This document shows positions 28,086 to 41,109 of a stretch of 64,000 nt of DNA, in pieces (position 1 is the stretch's first letter; each line of letters opens with the position of its first letter). Source of the DNA: the human T2T-CHM13v2.0 reference genome, Homo sapiens; the NCBI RefSeq assembly GCF_009914755.1, contig NC_060942.1. One strand, given 5' to 3'. The translations under genes were made by a program, and so were the position numbers. The notes under the pieces are model-generated. The model was not told where the DNA came from, made no database searches, and saw only the letters and a program-made list of their open reading frames with translations.

Positions 28086-30098
28086 AAATCCTCATCTGGG
28101 GTGAATTTCTGTTGATCTCGTGAGCAAATTTATAGGCTCCACTATAGCTCTTTTTTCATATGTAGATATTTTTTCTATTATATCTAGGTTCAAAATGTGA
28201 CTTTTAGGTTAAGTCAAGTCAACTGTTACTATTTTGGCCTGCCCCTAAATGGAGTTTTTTTTTTTTTTTTTTTTTTTTCCTGTTTGTGTGGGACTTAATG
28301 TTATGGTTCTTTCTACGTGAGTTCTCGCAGAGCAAAGGGTAGAAAGTGAACCCCAGTCCTTCCTCCTCTTGTGATACTAGGAAATGATGGCATCGTTAGT
28401 GAGTCTCTGAAACATCCTGACAACTACCATGCTGGGAAGGAAGTGGCTAGAATAATGAGTAATAACAACAATGATGACAGTAATAACAGCAGCATGTTAT
28501 ATATCATGATTTTACGTTAAACTCAGATATATTTTAATTCCTTTTATCTGTTATTCTTTTCCCATCATCTGGCAGCATGGCGAGCTCCTGCATGCTGTAC
28601 TCTATCAGACAGGGCAGAATAAATCTAAAAAAAAGTCAATTAGGTGATTTGAATGGGATTCTCTAGGAGGAGATAACTTTCTGAAAACTCTTTTCCATGC
28701 AGTCTGTGACAGCTGTAGTAGAACAGAAATGGCCTGGGCCATATGTAGGCAGAGAGGGCTTCAAACAGCCCACTCCCCATCATGAGTTTCTTGGTTTCTG
28801 CAAAAAGGGGAAGATGTACAAAATTGTCCTGTGCTCTCTGGATTCTTTGCCTTCCCATGCCATTCCAGATCCACGCACAACAACAGAAACAAAGAGTATG
28901 GATGAGAAAGTGGGTGATGGCATGTTGTTTTAGGGTGTCATTGTTGTGAGGGAGAAGGAACAAGGGAGCCCTGTGGCAGAGGTTGTAGACAGGAGAGCAC
29001 CTGTGTGGAACAAGTGGTAGTGCATAGATGGTTCTCAGAGGACTGGTACTACCAGGGAGAGCCAACAAGTCAGTGCGTATGGAGGTGGAGGTGGGGAGGG
29101 TAGAAGGACGACAGAGCAACAACAAATTGCTTGTGCTTAGACGGTAGACCACAAGATAGACAACTTGGAACATCCACAGTAGAGGCAGAGGCTGATACTC
29201 CAGATTAGGTGGGAAAAGTGACACCTCCATGAAGGCTGTGAGGACATAAGAATGGCGCTGAGACCAGAAACCCCACTCTGTCACAATGTCATAATACTCA
29301 GTAAGTACTCCTCTAATTCACCAGTATGGAAATTAGCACTGTGGGCAAGAAGAGATTGCAGGTAAAGCAAGAATGGTGGTACAATGGAGCTGAAATTCAC
29401 ACTTGACCACATTTAAGTTCAATAATGACAAAGTGAGATTGAATGAGTGGGCAATGTGGAGTTCTTGGTGCTGTTGCTTTTGACTTGCCAATATTGGAAT
29501 CCAGTCCGGTGTGCTAGGTTGCACTGATACAAGAAAATAAAGAAGCTCTGAGTTTGCATGCTTGTGTCCACAGGGACCTCTGGAACCTCCTGATCATCTT
29601 CTTATGTTAACAGGGATGGCTGGGCCTTTGTTCTTATTTTCCTCACACCCACATGTCCATAGTGTGGGGATTGCAGGCAGTTTTATGACAGTTGCCAAAA
29701 CCAATCCTGTGGCACTTTTAGGCGTCATCAATGGTATTCATTTTTAACAAAATTACATTGAGCAAAACTGTTTAATTGTGTAATTTATTACAGCGTGACA
29801 GTTAATGATCCATGAGCACTGTACAGATGGTGCCTCACCTGCTGAACAAGTGTGGATTATGATACATTTTCAAGAGGAATCAGGCCCAGTTATACTCTTC
29901 CACACATTAACAATTTTTCTTCTGAAATAACTAATGGATTCTTGCCAAATTTCCAGTAGCGTGATGTTCACAAATTTGTTGATTTTGATATTATCCTCTT
30001 ACCTATCCTTTACATTTATTAAGCAGAGTGTTTTAATTTTCTCTTTTGCTTTCGGTCTGCATCAACCACACTGTATCATGTTTGGTCTTACAGAATAA

Positions 30099-30488
<390 letters not shown>

Positions 30489-30689
30489 CTTTTATTTCTG
30501 TAATATAGTAGATTAGAAATTCATTTAATACACATGTAGTTTTTAAAATATTGCCTATAAATTATTTTAATAATGGCTTTATTAAGATACAATTCTCATG
30601 CCATAAAAAAGTGCACAATTCAGAGGCCTGTGTTCTCTCTACTCTCCGATGACAATCGTTCAATGAATTTATATGTCTTTCGGGATAAA

Positions 30690-30835
30690 GATAAAAAGCG
30701 ATAACATGTCCTACAAAGCCCTTAATGATATTGCTCCTGTCTTTCTCTATGACTTTACTATCTTCCCCTGCTAAGCAGAGTGCTTGACATATAATAGATG
30801 TACAATAAATATACTGAATGAATGAAGAAATAAAT
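30690..30835 (+). mobile_element. L2 fragment
   Basis: aacatgtcctacaaagccc...gcagagtgcttgacatata...aataaatatactgaatgaatgaa. Confidence 0.6.
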
Positions 30836-32075
30836 GTCTTCTACAAGACTTATTTTCAAAGCTGGAGCATACTTAAATAATGGGAGAGAAAAATAAGCCA
30901 CCCTGGAAAGATTTGCTATGGAAAAGAGAGCATTATTTTTCTACATTATTTTTAAATCATCCTCCTTCCACTTGGAGAACTGCTGATCATGAGAGCAGCA
31001 CAGTGACCTTGTCAGACTCCTGCCTAATTCTTGAACTTCTCTATGAAGCAAGTAAATGAAATCTGTTCCAAAAACTGCTGTTTCTTTTTCTTCTGATACT
31101 TGAAAATGTGAATTCACCTTTCTGAGTAGATTTTGATTTGGGGTAAGTTACAAAATGGGCCTTAGATAAAAGTAAGAAAAAGAAAAATGAGGTTCTGGAC
31201 AAAGCAGTACTAAAATTATTCTATAAATTAATGTAAAGGTACCGTCTTGTTTGGGTATGAAAAATATTTTGGTGTTAATTTGTTTTTTAATTGCGTGAGG
31301 CTTGGGAACTGGTATTCGGTGCCCTTGAAGTAGATGGGGATAGTGGAGATGAAGAAATTAGCTTTGCTGAGAGTGATTGCATATGGTAAAAAGGAGACAG
31401 GCTACAGAGCACAGAGGAAGGGGACAAAGGGACTTTGAAGTATGGATGAATGATGAGTTTGGAGACAGCGATGGTTGATGTTCTATCCTGATATCGAATT
31501 GAATTCTCTTTTGTGACTTCTTCCTTCCTCCCCACCACCTTCTCAGTCTCAGTCTTTAGTAAGGCTCTTTTAACCATTACAAACTAGAGCAAGCCCTGTC
31601 TTAACTCTGCCAAGAATAAAGACAGAAGGGACATGATCATAGTTTGAAGCAGAGTAGGACAAGAGAGAGTAGGAGGAGTTTGTGTGATAGACTGAGAAAT
31701 TACCGAGGAAAAACCTGGAGCAGGAGTTGAAGATTGACTGGGGATGATCAGATTATTTCTGTGATTATCCACTACTCCCAAACACCCAAATCCAAAGAAA
31801 AATCACAGAAAAGAATGTTTCTGAAAATAAATGTAGAATGGGTTTTGACATTATTTTATTTGGAAATTAAAGCTAAAACAGAACCCAAATCTCCTGACTT
31901 CCATTACAGTAGTTTGCCTGAGGTTGCAAAAGGGTCTAATAAGGAAGATCTGTACTACGCTTTTTGACAACACATTGAAGACACAGATCATAGCACTATG
32001 GCTCAAGATTATAATACCAAATATACGCAACAGAGACAGGTGCTACTCATCCTTACACTTCTCCTGCTCTTTCTT

Positions 32076-32691
32076 TTATTTATTTATTTTTTTAATATGA
32101 ACATGTGTCACAATTTCCTGCCACGAGAGAGGCAGCCCTCTTGACACTTTCCTCTGTGGCTCCATTAGCTGCTTCCATCTCACCACTAAGGATGTGGAAG
32201 GAGCCATGGAAACTCTCATCCTGGAGCCCACAGGTCCCTTCCTAGGCCTGGCTCACTGTAAAGTATGGGGGTACCATGATTACAAAAGGGGTGTGCTTCT
32301 GAGGCCAGGTAGATTTGGTGCCTTCTAGAACTCTATGTGCTCTCACACAGGTGATGAGATACCTGCTGCTTTTCAGAGAACTTGATTGCAATGGCTGGGT
32401 GGGAGAGGTATGAACAGAGATGGGTTCGCCCTGGGGGAGAGAATGGACAGAAGTGGGTTCACCCAAGGACCAAGATGGGCTGGCCCTGGAAGAGTGCAGA
32501 CAGATAAGAGAAGGGCTCCACATGGGGTTTTAGGCCCACAAGGTCTCATGACCTGCCAGGGCCTGGGGCCAGGGACCACTAGGGCTCATGTCCAACTGTG
32601 CAGCTGCTCCTGGGGGCCCTTGGCCACTGGCAACCCCTAAGCCACCTCCCCATGATGCGTGGCCTACCCCCCATCCTTTCTTTCTTTCTTT
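32076..32691 (-). other. GC-rich non-U1 segment plus A-tail, the putative 3' partner of a U1 chimeric retrocopy
   Basis: T-rich tail at 32076-32093. Flanking duplication tgctctttctt (32065-32075) / tgctcactctt (32815-32825), followed by AA, which gives an L1 endonuclease-type TCTT/AA site. GC is about 50-60% by eye, against AT-rich flanks. Confidence 0.6.
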
Positions 32692-32814
32692 TCTCCCACC
32701 ACCACAAATTTGCAGTGGAGCTTCCTATATTTGGGAAAATGGCGGGGGTCAGCACAATCAGAGGCTAATCCTCGTCCTGGGAAAACCATGGTATCTCCCC
32801 TGCCAGGAAAATAT
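32692..32814 (-). pseudogene. RNU1: U1 snRNA pseudogene, 3'-truncated (about nt 1-143 of 164) with two internal deletions
   Basis: The minus strand reads ATATTTTCCTGGCAGGGGAGATACCATG/GTTTTCCCAGGACGAGGATTAGCC/TCTGATTGTGCTGACCCCCGCCATTTTCCCAAATATAGGAAGCTCCACTGCAAATTTGTGGTGGTGGGAGA, colinear with human U1. The Sm site AATTTGTGG is retained and stem-loop IV is absent. Confidence 0.95.
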
Positions 32815-33840
32815 TGCTCACTCTTAACTGTCATGGTACACGCAGCAGCCAGGCAGCTGACATAAAGCCACTCTGGTGTCTGCGTCCTCTTGGGGTCTTA
32901 GGATTCTCACAGGAACTCACTCTAGCCAAAGTTTTAGCACAACATTTCAGAAGCGGCTATTTTCTGGCCTGGCAGATATGATCCGTGCAGTGTTTTTTTC
33001 TAACCATTTTAAGCTCATGGAATGTTTCAGGATGGCCCACTGTGATGATGACTGATGGCTAGTCACTTTTGTAATGGAAACTGGGTCCCCTGTGCACTGG
33101 CTTAGCCCCATTAACATTTCTCAACCCTCCGTTGGATAGATTACTGACTCTTTTCATAAGCTTTCTGACCTTGTCTTAAGCTTTACAATCCACGGTGATG
33201 AATTTATAGAGTGATTGTGACGATGTATGAGTAGTGTAACAGAGATAAATGGGCATTTGATGTTGACAAAGCGGAGAAAAAAATATTGTTCTCCACACCT
33301 TTTGTTAGCAAACACATGATTCACTAGAACTCTTTTTTAGTGATTTATCTATAAATCTTCTTTTCTCACTTAATAAAATGCCTCCCATTGCTCTTCCGAG
33401 GCTGACACCATGGCTTTGTAATATATTATTAAAGCCATGTCACGCTCAAGAGGCAGTGAGCTTGGCTTCACAGCAGTGTTATTTTACCTTCTGTTTCTAA
33501 AAATGATCAAACAGTTCCAAGGACGTATTAGCTGCTTCTGTATTATTCCCAACAACTTCCTTTGTAAGCAACCAGACCTACCTAATGCTTTGGAAGTGGG
33601 TATTTTTCTTTCATAAAGTTCTTATATATTTTCTATGAAGTTTGGGGAAAACTATGAAAAATGAACCACAGGAGTTGAGAAAATAGTTGTTTTTCTTAAA
33701 ATTATATTCAGAAGAATCATTTTATACAATGTTCTGGACCTAACAGGTTGAATATTATTACTATTATCCTGCGACTCTTTTGCTGGCACACTTGAAAAAG
33801 CCATATTCTCTTTTTTAGGGTCCAAAATTAAAGGTATGTT

Positions 33841-34137
33841 ATTTTAATTTCATTTTATTTATTTATTTTTACTTATTCATTTACTTACGTATTTTGAGAC
33901 AGGGTCTCCTGTTTCTCAGGCTGGAGTGCAGTGGCTCGATTACGGCTCACTGCAGCCTCAACCTCCCAGACTCAATTGATTCTCCCACATTAGCTTCCTG
34001 AGTAGCTGAGACTATGGGCGTGTGCCCCTATCCCCAGCTAATTTTGTATTTCTTGTGGAAAGAGAGTTTCACCATCTTGCCCAGGCTGGTCTCAAACTCC
34101 TGGGTTCAAGCCATCAGCCCACCTCAGCCTCCCAAAG
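33841..34137 (-). mobile_element. AluJ, missing about 35 nt at the 5' end
   Basis: gagacagggtctc...gctcactgcagcctcaacctccc...ctcctgggttcaagc...cctcccaaag. Confidence 0.92.
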
Positions 34138-34349
34138 GAATCAACACTTTTTTGAAGATCTTCAGGGGTTTCTTACATGCAGCTAAGTTGGACCCACTGA
34201 AAAAGGTTTTGAGAGATGCTTAGAGTTTGGGCTCTTGGAGATGTGGAGACATAGCCATCCAGGGAGGGTGGCAGCAACTCTGAGTTAGGTTTCACAAGAG
34301 ATTTGGTCAACTTGGGCTGTGTTGTGTGAGGATGATCAGTAAGTAGCAA

Positions 34350-34660
34350 ACAAGGCTAAAAAGAGAGTTTAAAGCCAGATGAGGTTAATATAAAGTCCCT
34401 ATTAACAATTTTGATGTTTTGTTTCATAAGCAGAAAATATATTCTACATTTTTACATTGGCTAGATGACATAATTAGAGCAGATCCTCAGGAAGATAAAT
34501 CTGGCAGTAATGAGTTGGATGGAACAGGGAGAAAATAGGTTGGAAATAGGGCCATCAGCTGGGAGACTGCAAAAGTTCATGCAAGTGGTAATGAGGACCT
34601 GACCTCAGAAAATAAGGGTTTCATTAGAAAGAAGGAGGCAGGGACATGAGACTTTCTGGT
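34350..34660 (-). mobile_element. L2 fragment
   Basis: Purine-rich L2 antisense motifs: ggaagataaatctggcag, gggagactgc, atgaggacctga. Confidence 0.6.
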
Positions 34661-35244
34661 AAACTGGATTGAATAATTCCAGGTAAATTCAAAAATGATA
34701 TGCAGAAAATAATGAAGAAATTTAAACCATTCTGTCATGCAATGTAAACATGTCATTCGCTCAAAGCCTGTTATCCTAATATTACATGACAGTGTCCTCT
34801 GGGTTATTTTCCATTACAAGAAGTTACAGTAGCTGATAAGCCTGTGACTAATTTAAAATATAATTGTTGTTCTGTCTTTCTGCAACACAGTTTGAGTTTC
34901 GATCCTTTAAGTAAACAATATAAACAATTATAGTCAAGTTCAATATTAGGAGCCTGATTCCTAGAAACAGAAAAAGGGCTTGAGAAATGTTTCTAGCTAT
35001 AAAGCAAATTTGATCTTCAAATTGTCATTTTCCATCTATGGTGGCGCAGTCATTGTGAGTGAAGACCTTGTCCCAGGTCCTAGAATGAGTGAGGTTTTCA
35101 GATACTGACACAAGTGGAGGATATAAATTAAACAATGAAGACATGTTGGGGACCACCAGGTTAATAGATCACTAGAAATTCATTTGGAGAAGAAATTTCA
35201 TAAATTTTAGACTGTTAGCCCTGGAAGAGGTTTAAAGATCACTT

Positions 35245-35480
35245 AGTTAAGTGTATGAGTTTTAGAGTCAAGCCGAAGTGGGTTTCAATTCACAGCTCCT
35301 TCTTGTACTAGATGTGTGGCCTTTATTTCACTAGTAGTCATTTTGGTGAGAAGTTTCTCCATGTTACAGATGGAGACACCCCCAGCTCACAGAATCATGG
35401 CAATAATTAAATAAATTAATGGTTGCGAGGTGCTTAGCCCAGTACGTAGCAAACACTCAGCATACAACAGCTGTTATTAG
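35245..35480 (+). mobile_element. MIR
   Basis: ttagagtcaag...tactagatgtgtggcctt...gtgcttagcccagtac...agctgttatt. Confidence 0.65.
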
Positions 35481-35585
35481 AAGTAAGATGAATGCTATGA
35501 TTCAGGTCTCCTGAACGCGGACTGAGTCCCCCTCCACAGAGTCATGCCCTCTCCTCTTATATTCCCACTTTAAAGTATTCAAGTA

Positions 35586-35630
35586 TTAAAAGTAATGGCA
35601 AAAACTGCAATTACATTTGCACCAACCTAA
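35586..35630. mobile_element. MADE1 half element
   Basis: ttaaaagtaatggcaaaaactgcaattacatttgcaccaacctaa followed by TA. Confidence 0.88.
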
Positions 35631-36244
35631 TACCTATTCCAGAAGACTTCCATCAATTTTGACATTTATGTTGACATCAGTCTGTGTATCAAATTGTTTC
35701 CATCACTGCTAAAACAGGCTATTAAAGTCAACGCTACATAATCAATCATTTAAACAAATATATTGAGTACCTACTCAATGAAAGGAATATGCTTTTTATG
35801 ATAAATGACGTGCCATCATTAAAAACTTAATTATTACCTATTTCTCCACAAAATATTAATCATCATTGTTATTTTTAACCAGAACTAAGAGGCACTGTTC
35901 TGTAATGAAGTGCTCTGGGATTTGAGGTGTGGGTAGAAGTCAGCCCCTCGGGCAAGGACACTATTTGCTGCTATCAGGATTCAGCTGTGGTTTCGATGGA
36001 ATCATTCAGGTTATTTAGAATAGGTCTTCAGAAACATGCAATTTATTTAAATATCTGAAATTAGTATCTGATTATACACAACTATCACTAATAAGTGATA
36101 GAAACAATACAATATCAAAGCAAACTAAGAACTGCATGGGAAGAGGAGGGGAAGAATGTCATGTCAGCAGAATGGCCAGTCGGGGCTGGACTTTGGAGAT
36201 CACTGCCTTTCATCCTTGTACAATGTGAGGGAGTGAGTGCTGAT

Positions 36245-36370
36245 ATTTTTATTGACATTTCTTCAAGGAGAAAACTAATACTCAGATGGAAACTTGCCAG
36301 TCTCACAGATAATAAGTGGTAGGTTGGGATTTGAATTCAGATTCATTTGACTCTAAAACATCTATTCTTT
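36245..36370 (-). mobile_element. MIR fragment
   Basis: aacttgccagtctcacag...aagtggtaggttgggatttgaattcag...tgactctaaa. Confidence 0.65.
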
Positions 36371-36379
36371 GTGTGTTGT

Positions 36380-39163
36380 ATAAACCTTATTATTACAAGA
36401 TAAAACACAGAGAAAATGATACATAAAGAATTCATCGCTGCTTAAAATTTTATAAGGTGAATACTTTTGCACCCACCACTCAGGTTAAGAAATAGAAGTT
36501 TGCCCTATGCTCTAGAAGACCTCCATCTTCAAAAGTAAGCACTATCCTGACATTGATAGTAATCACTCTTTGGATTTCCCTTCCTCCCTCCGTCCCTCCC
36601 TCCCTCCGTCCCTCCCTCCCTCCGTCCCTCCCTCCCTTCCTTTCTGCCTTTTTTTTCTTTTTATTCTGAGATAGAGTCTGTCTCTGTTACCCAGGCTGGA
36701 GTACAGTGGTACCATTCAATCTCGGCTCACTGCAAACTCTGCCTCCCTGGTTCAAGTGGTTCTCGTGCCTCAGCCTCCTGAGTAGATTTCTGTATGACCT
36801 AATTAGCCAAAAGAACATCCCTAAAGAATTGTCCAGTTTTTTTCTTTTAATTTTTGAGCTCCATGTCTTTAAGGTCTCATCTAATATACAGAATCCCTTT
36901 TCCTTTCTTTAGCATTTACCTGCTGATGCACCTAGGCTGTTAATCTGTCGTGTTTCCATCAGTCTGGATTTTCTTTTTGCATACTTATGGTGCTTTCAGA
37001 CTGCTGCTCTGACCTTTCTTTTCTGTCAGTTGGCCACTGAATCCAGAGGCTTGATCAGACTCGGATTGGATCCCTTGGGCAAGGCGTTAGGAGAGTGTAT
37101 TTTTTCATCAGGATGCTTGTAGTATCTGGGTATTACTTTTATTTCCACATCTATTGATGCTCAATGCCTATGTTATTAATTCACTGGAGGTTACACACAG
37201 TGATATTTTATCATTCTTTTTCACTTATTCCCCAAAATAATTTTAAAAGGAGACATCTGCTTTGTATGTGGTTATTCAGTATTATAGTTTATATAGAAAA
37301 GGAACAATGAATGCTTGACTTTTTCTTTCATTTATCTAGTTTTAAAATATATTTAATGTTTCAATCAATTGTAATTCTTGTTCCCATTGAAGCTCAAATT
37401 GCCTATTCTGCAATCTTGTTGTATCTGGTTTGACGAGATGTTACACACTCTTCCTGTGTGTTTCTCAATATCTGGAATCTGCAATTTCTCAAAGAAGTTC
37501 TATTTCTTTTAGTGGGACATGGTATTTCAAGACTGCAGCGTGGGTCTAGAGATGTGAATTACTGCTGGATAGATTATTGTTTCTAAGTGTTTTTAGTGTA
37601 CAGAAATTGGACATAGTTAAAATAACCTGTGATTCAATAATGATACATCTAATTCAAATGCACAGGGCTGGCGCTTAATTTCTTCTGTTTTACATCTCTA
37701 TTCCTTATTTTTCACACTGAAAATCTTAATTTTTCAGGTCATAAGAGGACAAAATTATAATGTGCTATGACTGCTTATTTACTCACATTATATACATACA
37801 AGTTTCAGAACAATACTATTATTACATTATCACTGATAATGACTACTCAAAATAGATTTATGTATTTTATATGCTATTTCATTATCCCCCAACCATATTT
37901 AATGGTTATACTATATCTACATCATAATATCATAGTTTCACTGTAATCTATAATCCTTCAGTTTTAACCTCATTCTGTATTGATTATATAAGTAATTATG
38001 TAGACCACCAGTCCTTGTGTTGGTGTTTTCTTTACAAGTGTGGTTGCCTAAAACTTGTTTTCTAGTAGATTTCTTAGAAACTGCTCATGAGGAAAAATAC
38101 TTTTGAATTACTACAAGTTGTATGTGCCACTTGAAATAAAGGGCAATGTCTTATGGATATAAAATAAGTGGTTCATGTTTTCCTTTCTTGAGTATCTGAA
38201 TTATTTTACCTCACTTTTCTCTGGAATAACATATTGTTGTAAAAAAGAAAAGGCTGATGAAGATATAATTATTTGTCACTTATAAATCACTGCTCTTTTT
38301 GTCTGGATTCCAAAAGAATTTTTAAATTTTATCTTTAATTTCAGACAGCTTTTCTATTTTTTTCCCAGAGACTTTTATTATCTGTAGGTTGGATCTTCTT
38401 TACCAGTCTTCAATATTTGCCACTCTATCTAGACTCTTTTTTTAAAAAATTTCCTTTGTCTTTATCTTCTCCTCTTAGCACATTTTCTGATATATTTATT
38501 TTAATTTTTGTGTTCCTCCTAGTCCTCACTTCTAAAATATATTTCGTGTTTCTAATTTTAGCCTTTCTAATATGTATTATTTCTAATTCTGATGTATATC
38601 GTTCTTCCATGTCATGTGTCATTTTATTAACTATTTTAATCTAATTTTTAATTATGCATTACAGTTTTGATTAGCTTTTGAGTAACTTTTCTTGGTTTGT
38701 TTTTATTGTTTATAAGGAGAATATTCTGCTCTTAGTTATCTTTTTCTAAGCAACTTCTTTCGGAGTTTTATCTAAATGTTTTTATTTAACTTTTTAATGT
38801 GAACTTAGTTTTTCTTAACTTTTTTTAGTGGGATGCTGACGTCAAAGTTCGAATAAGTTTTATAATTTCACTGATCTTTTTGTTTTTAAGATAGTGTTTA
38901 AAAATATGCAATTTTTTCTTCTCATGTTTCTAGACCCTGTCAAACTTTACTTCTGACATTTGTTTTTATTAACTTCTGTTTTCCTTATTCTGTTTCAATC
39001 TGAATTCACTTCCTACAGTTTCTCTTCACTGTGGATTCCTGTCCTGTCCTGGGAAACCCTGCCAGCATGTTTTCAAGAATATACTTGGTCTCTGCCCCTT
39101 AAGACTTTACTCTAGGACTCTTTCATTTACCTGTCCTTGGGAAAGGAAATCTCTCTCCCCCCA

Positions 39164-39198
<35 letters not shown>

Positions 39199-39500
39199 CT
39201 GTTCTCAGATTGGCCTGCTTTTGCTTCCCAGTGATATTTATCGGTCATTCAAGGATTCTCTTTTTCCATGGTCTATCTGGGATCCTGCTACTTCTCTGTT
39301 TTCCTTCACTGAGATCCTGCTAACATGCAGGGCTTTGATGGTTTATCCCTACCCACTTGCATTTTGGGGTTTCGGTGGATATCTTTGCTTTTAGTTTCAA
39401 TGAAAATGTTGGTCCTGGGTGTGACTTTGGTACCAGTCCCTCTTTCATTTTATATATAGGGTTTTAGGAGGAGCCAGAGTCTGCATTTTTACTGCTGCCT
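36380..39500 (-). mobile_element. Old L1M (L1MC/ME or HAL1-like) fragments
   Basis: T-rich antisense L1 composition with L1M 3' UTR motifs (accaccactcaggttaagaaatagaa, gtaagcactatcctgac, ccagaggcttgatcagac). Subfamily and boundaries are approximate. Confidence 0.6.
36580..36785 (-). mobile_element. 5'-truncated Alu right-arm fragment with a (CCCT/CCGT)n tail
   Basis: CT-rich tract at 36580-36660, then gagatagagtc...cagcctcctgagtag. Confidence 0.88.
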
Positions 39501-39731
39501 CCATATTCTTAGAATTCAATTTTCTAAAACTTGGGCTTTTACAATCAAAATGTTACCTTCTTATATAAACAAAATAAAAATAACAGCTCAGATATTTATT
39601 GTATGTGTAACTGAATTGGAATGTGAAAAATAAATTTAGGAAATGACATAACGAAGTAAGTTATAATCACCTGGATGCCCCTGATGATCCACACCCATTT
39701 TTGCTAGCTAAGGAAAGAACTTCTTCACTGG

Positions 39732-40205
<474 letters not shown>

Positions 40206-41109
40206 ACCTACACGTAGCACATTTTGAATAAATTTTTGTTTCTTTCCCCAAACCCTTTACTCTCCAACGCTATGTAAAGATTGAAGCTTTAGCAGATTGA
40301 ACATTTTGTTTTTAAAGAATTATTTGCTTTACTTTTTGTTTTTTAGTTGGGTTATTTTTCCTCTTTTTCCCTGGTATCAGTTTTGATTTGTCCCTACTTT
40401 CTCAATTTAGGAAAATATAAGAAAGGAAGAAAATTAATGCAAAATTTGAAAAGCTATTGCGTAAATTTAAGTGCGCTTCACAGAAGTGTCTCTTTGCACA
40501 GACCAGGGCAAACCCGGAAAATGGATTTTCTTTTTTTGTTTTCTCCTTATGCAGATCGCCATATAACGAATTACAAACAATTCAACTTCTGTGAACTGCC
40601 AGAACTGGGGGTTGGAGATGCTCAGAAGATAGGCAGCCATGATTAAAAAGATTTGTCAAACACTAACTTTGAACATGCTGTGGTTTGATTTTTTTTAATG
40701 CAACTATGAGCAGAAAATAGCATTTTCTCACTCAGTGAAGTCACACGTCTCTTTGTCAATGGAATAGTTGATAAATCAGTGAACACAAAATTAAATGTAA
40801 ATTGAGCTTTCCATCTGGCCACCGTGACACTCTAATTCAAGCCAAACAACTTGTCTTTAAGGAAGTCTTTCTCTGAAGTACACTAGATTAACAACATTTT
40901 TCAGAGTTCTTCCATAGTTCAAGAGAGTATTTTAGGACATTTGAGAAAAAAAAAAAATCTAGATAGGACAAAAGAAGAATCTGAAAAGGAAATATCTAGT
41001 AACCTTTACTCTGAGACATACAGTGTATTTGTGTTTAAAGAATATGAATAATTCTCCATTACCCATAATATTATTTTTTGCAGTGTTTTTATTTTCCTTA
41101 TATACAGGC

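Noticed and set aside
28640-29284. Longest ORF in the track (214 aa, minus strand)
   Set aside because: Non-ATG start, no recognisable domain, and composition typical of the antisense of purine-rich non-coding DNA.
32815-32841. PSE-like sequence (minus strand gtgtaccatgacagttaagagtgagc) directly upstream of the U1 copy
   Set aside because: It lies at about -27 to -2 rather than about -65 to -50, and it overlaps the putative TSD. There is no 3' box or stem-loop IV, so a functional U1 gene is not supported and the match is likely coincidental.
34732-34792. 14-bp imperfect inverted repeat (ctgtcatgcaatgt / atattacatgacag)
   Set aside because: 12/14 match with no TSD or further stem; compatible with chance in 64 kb.
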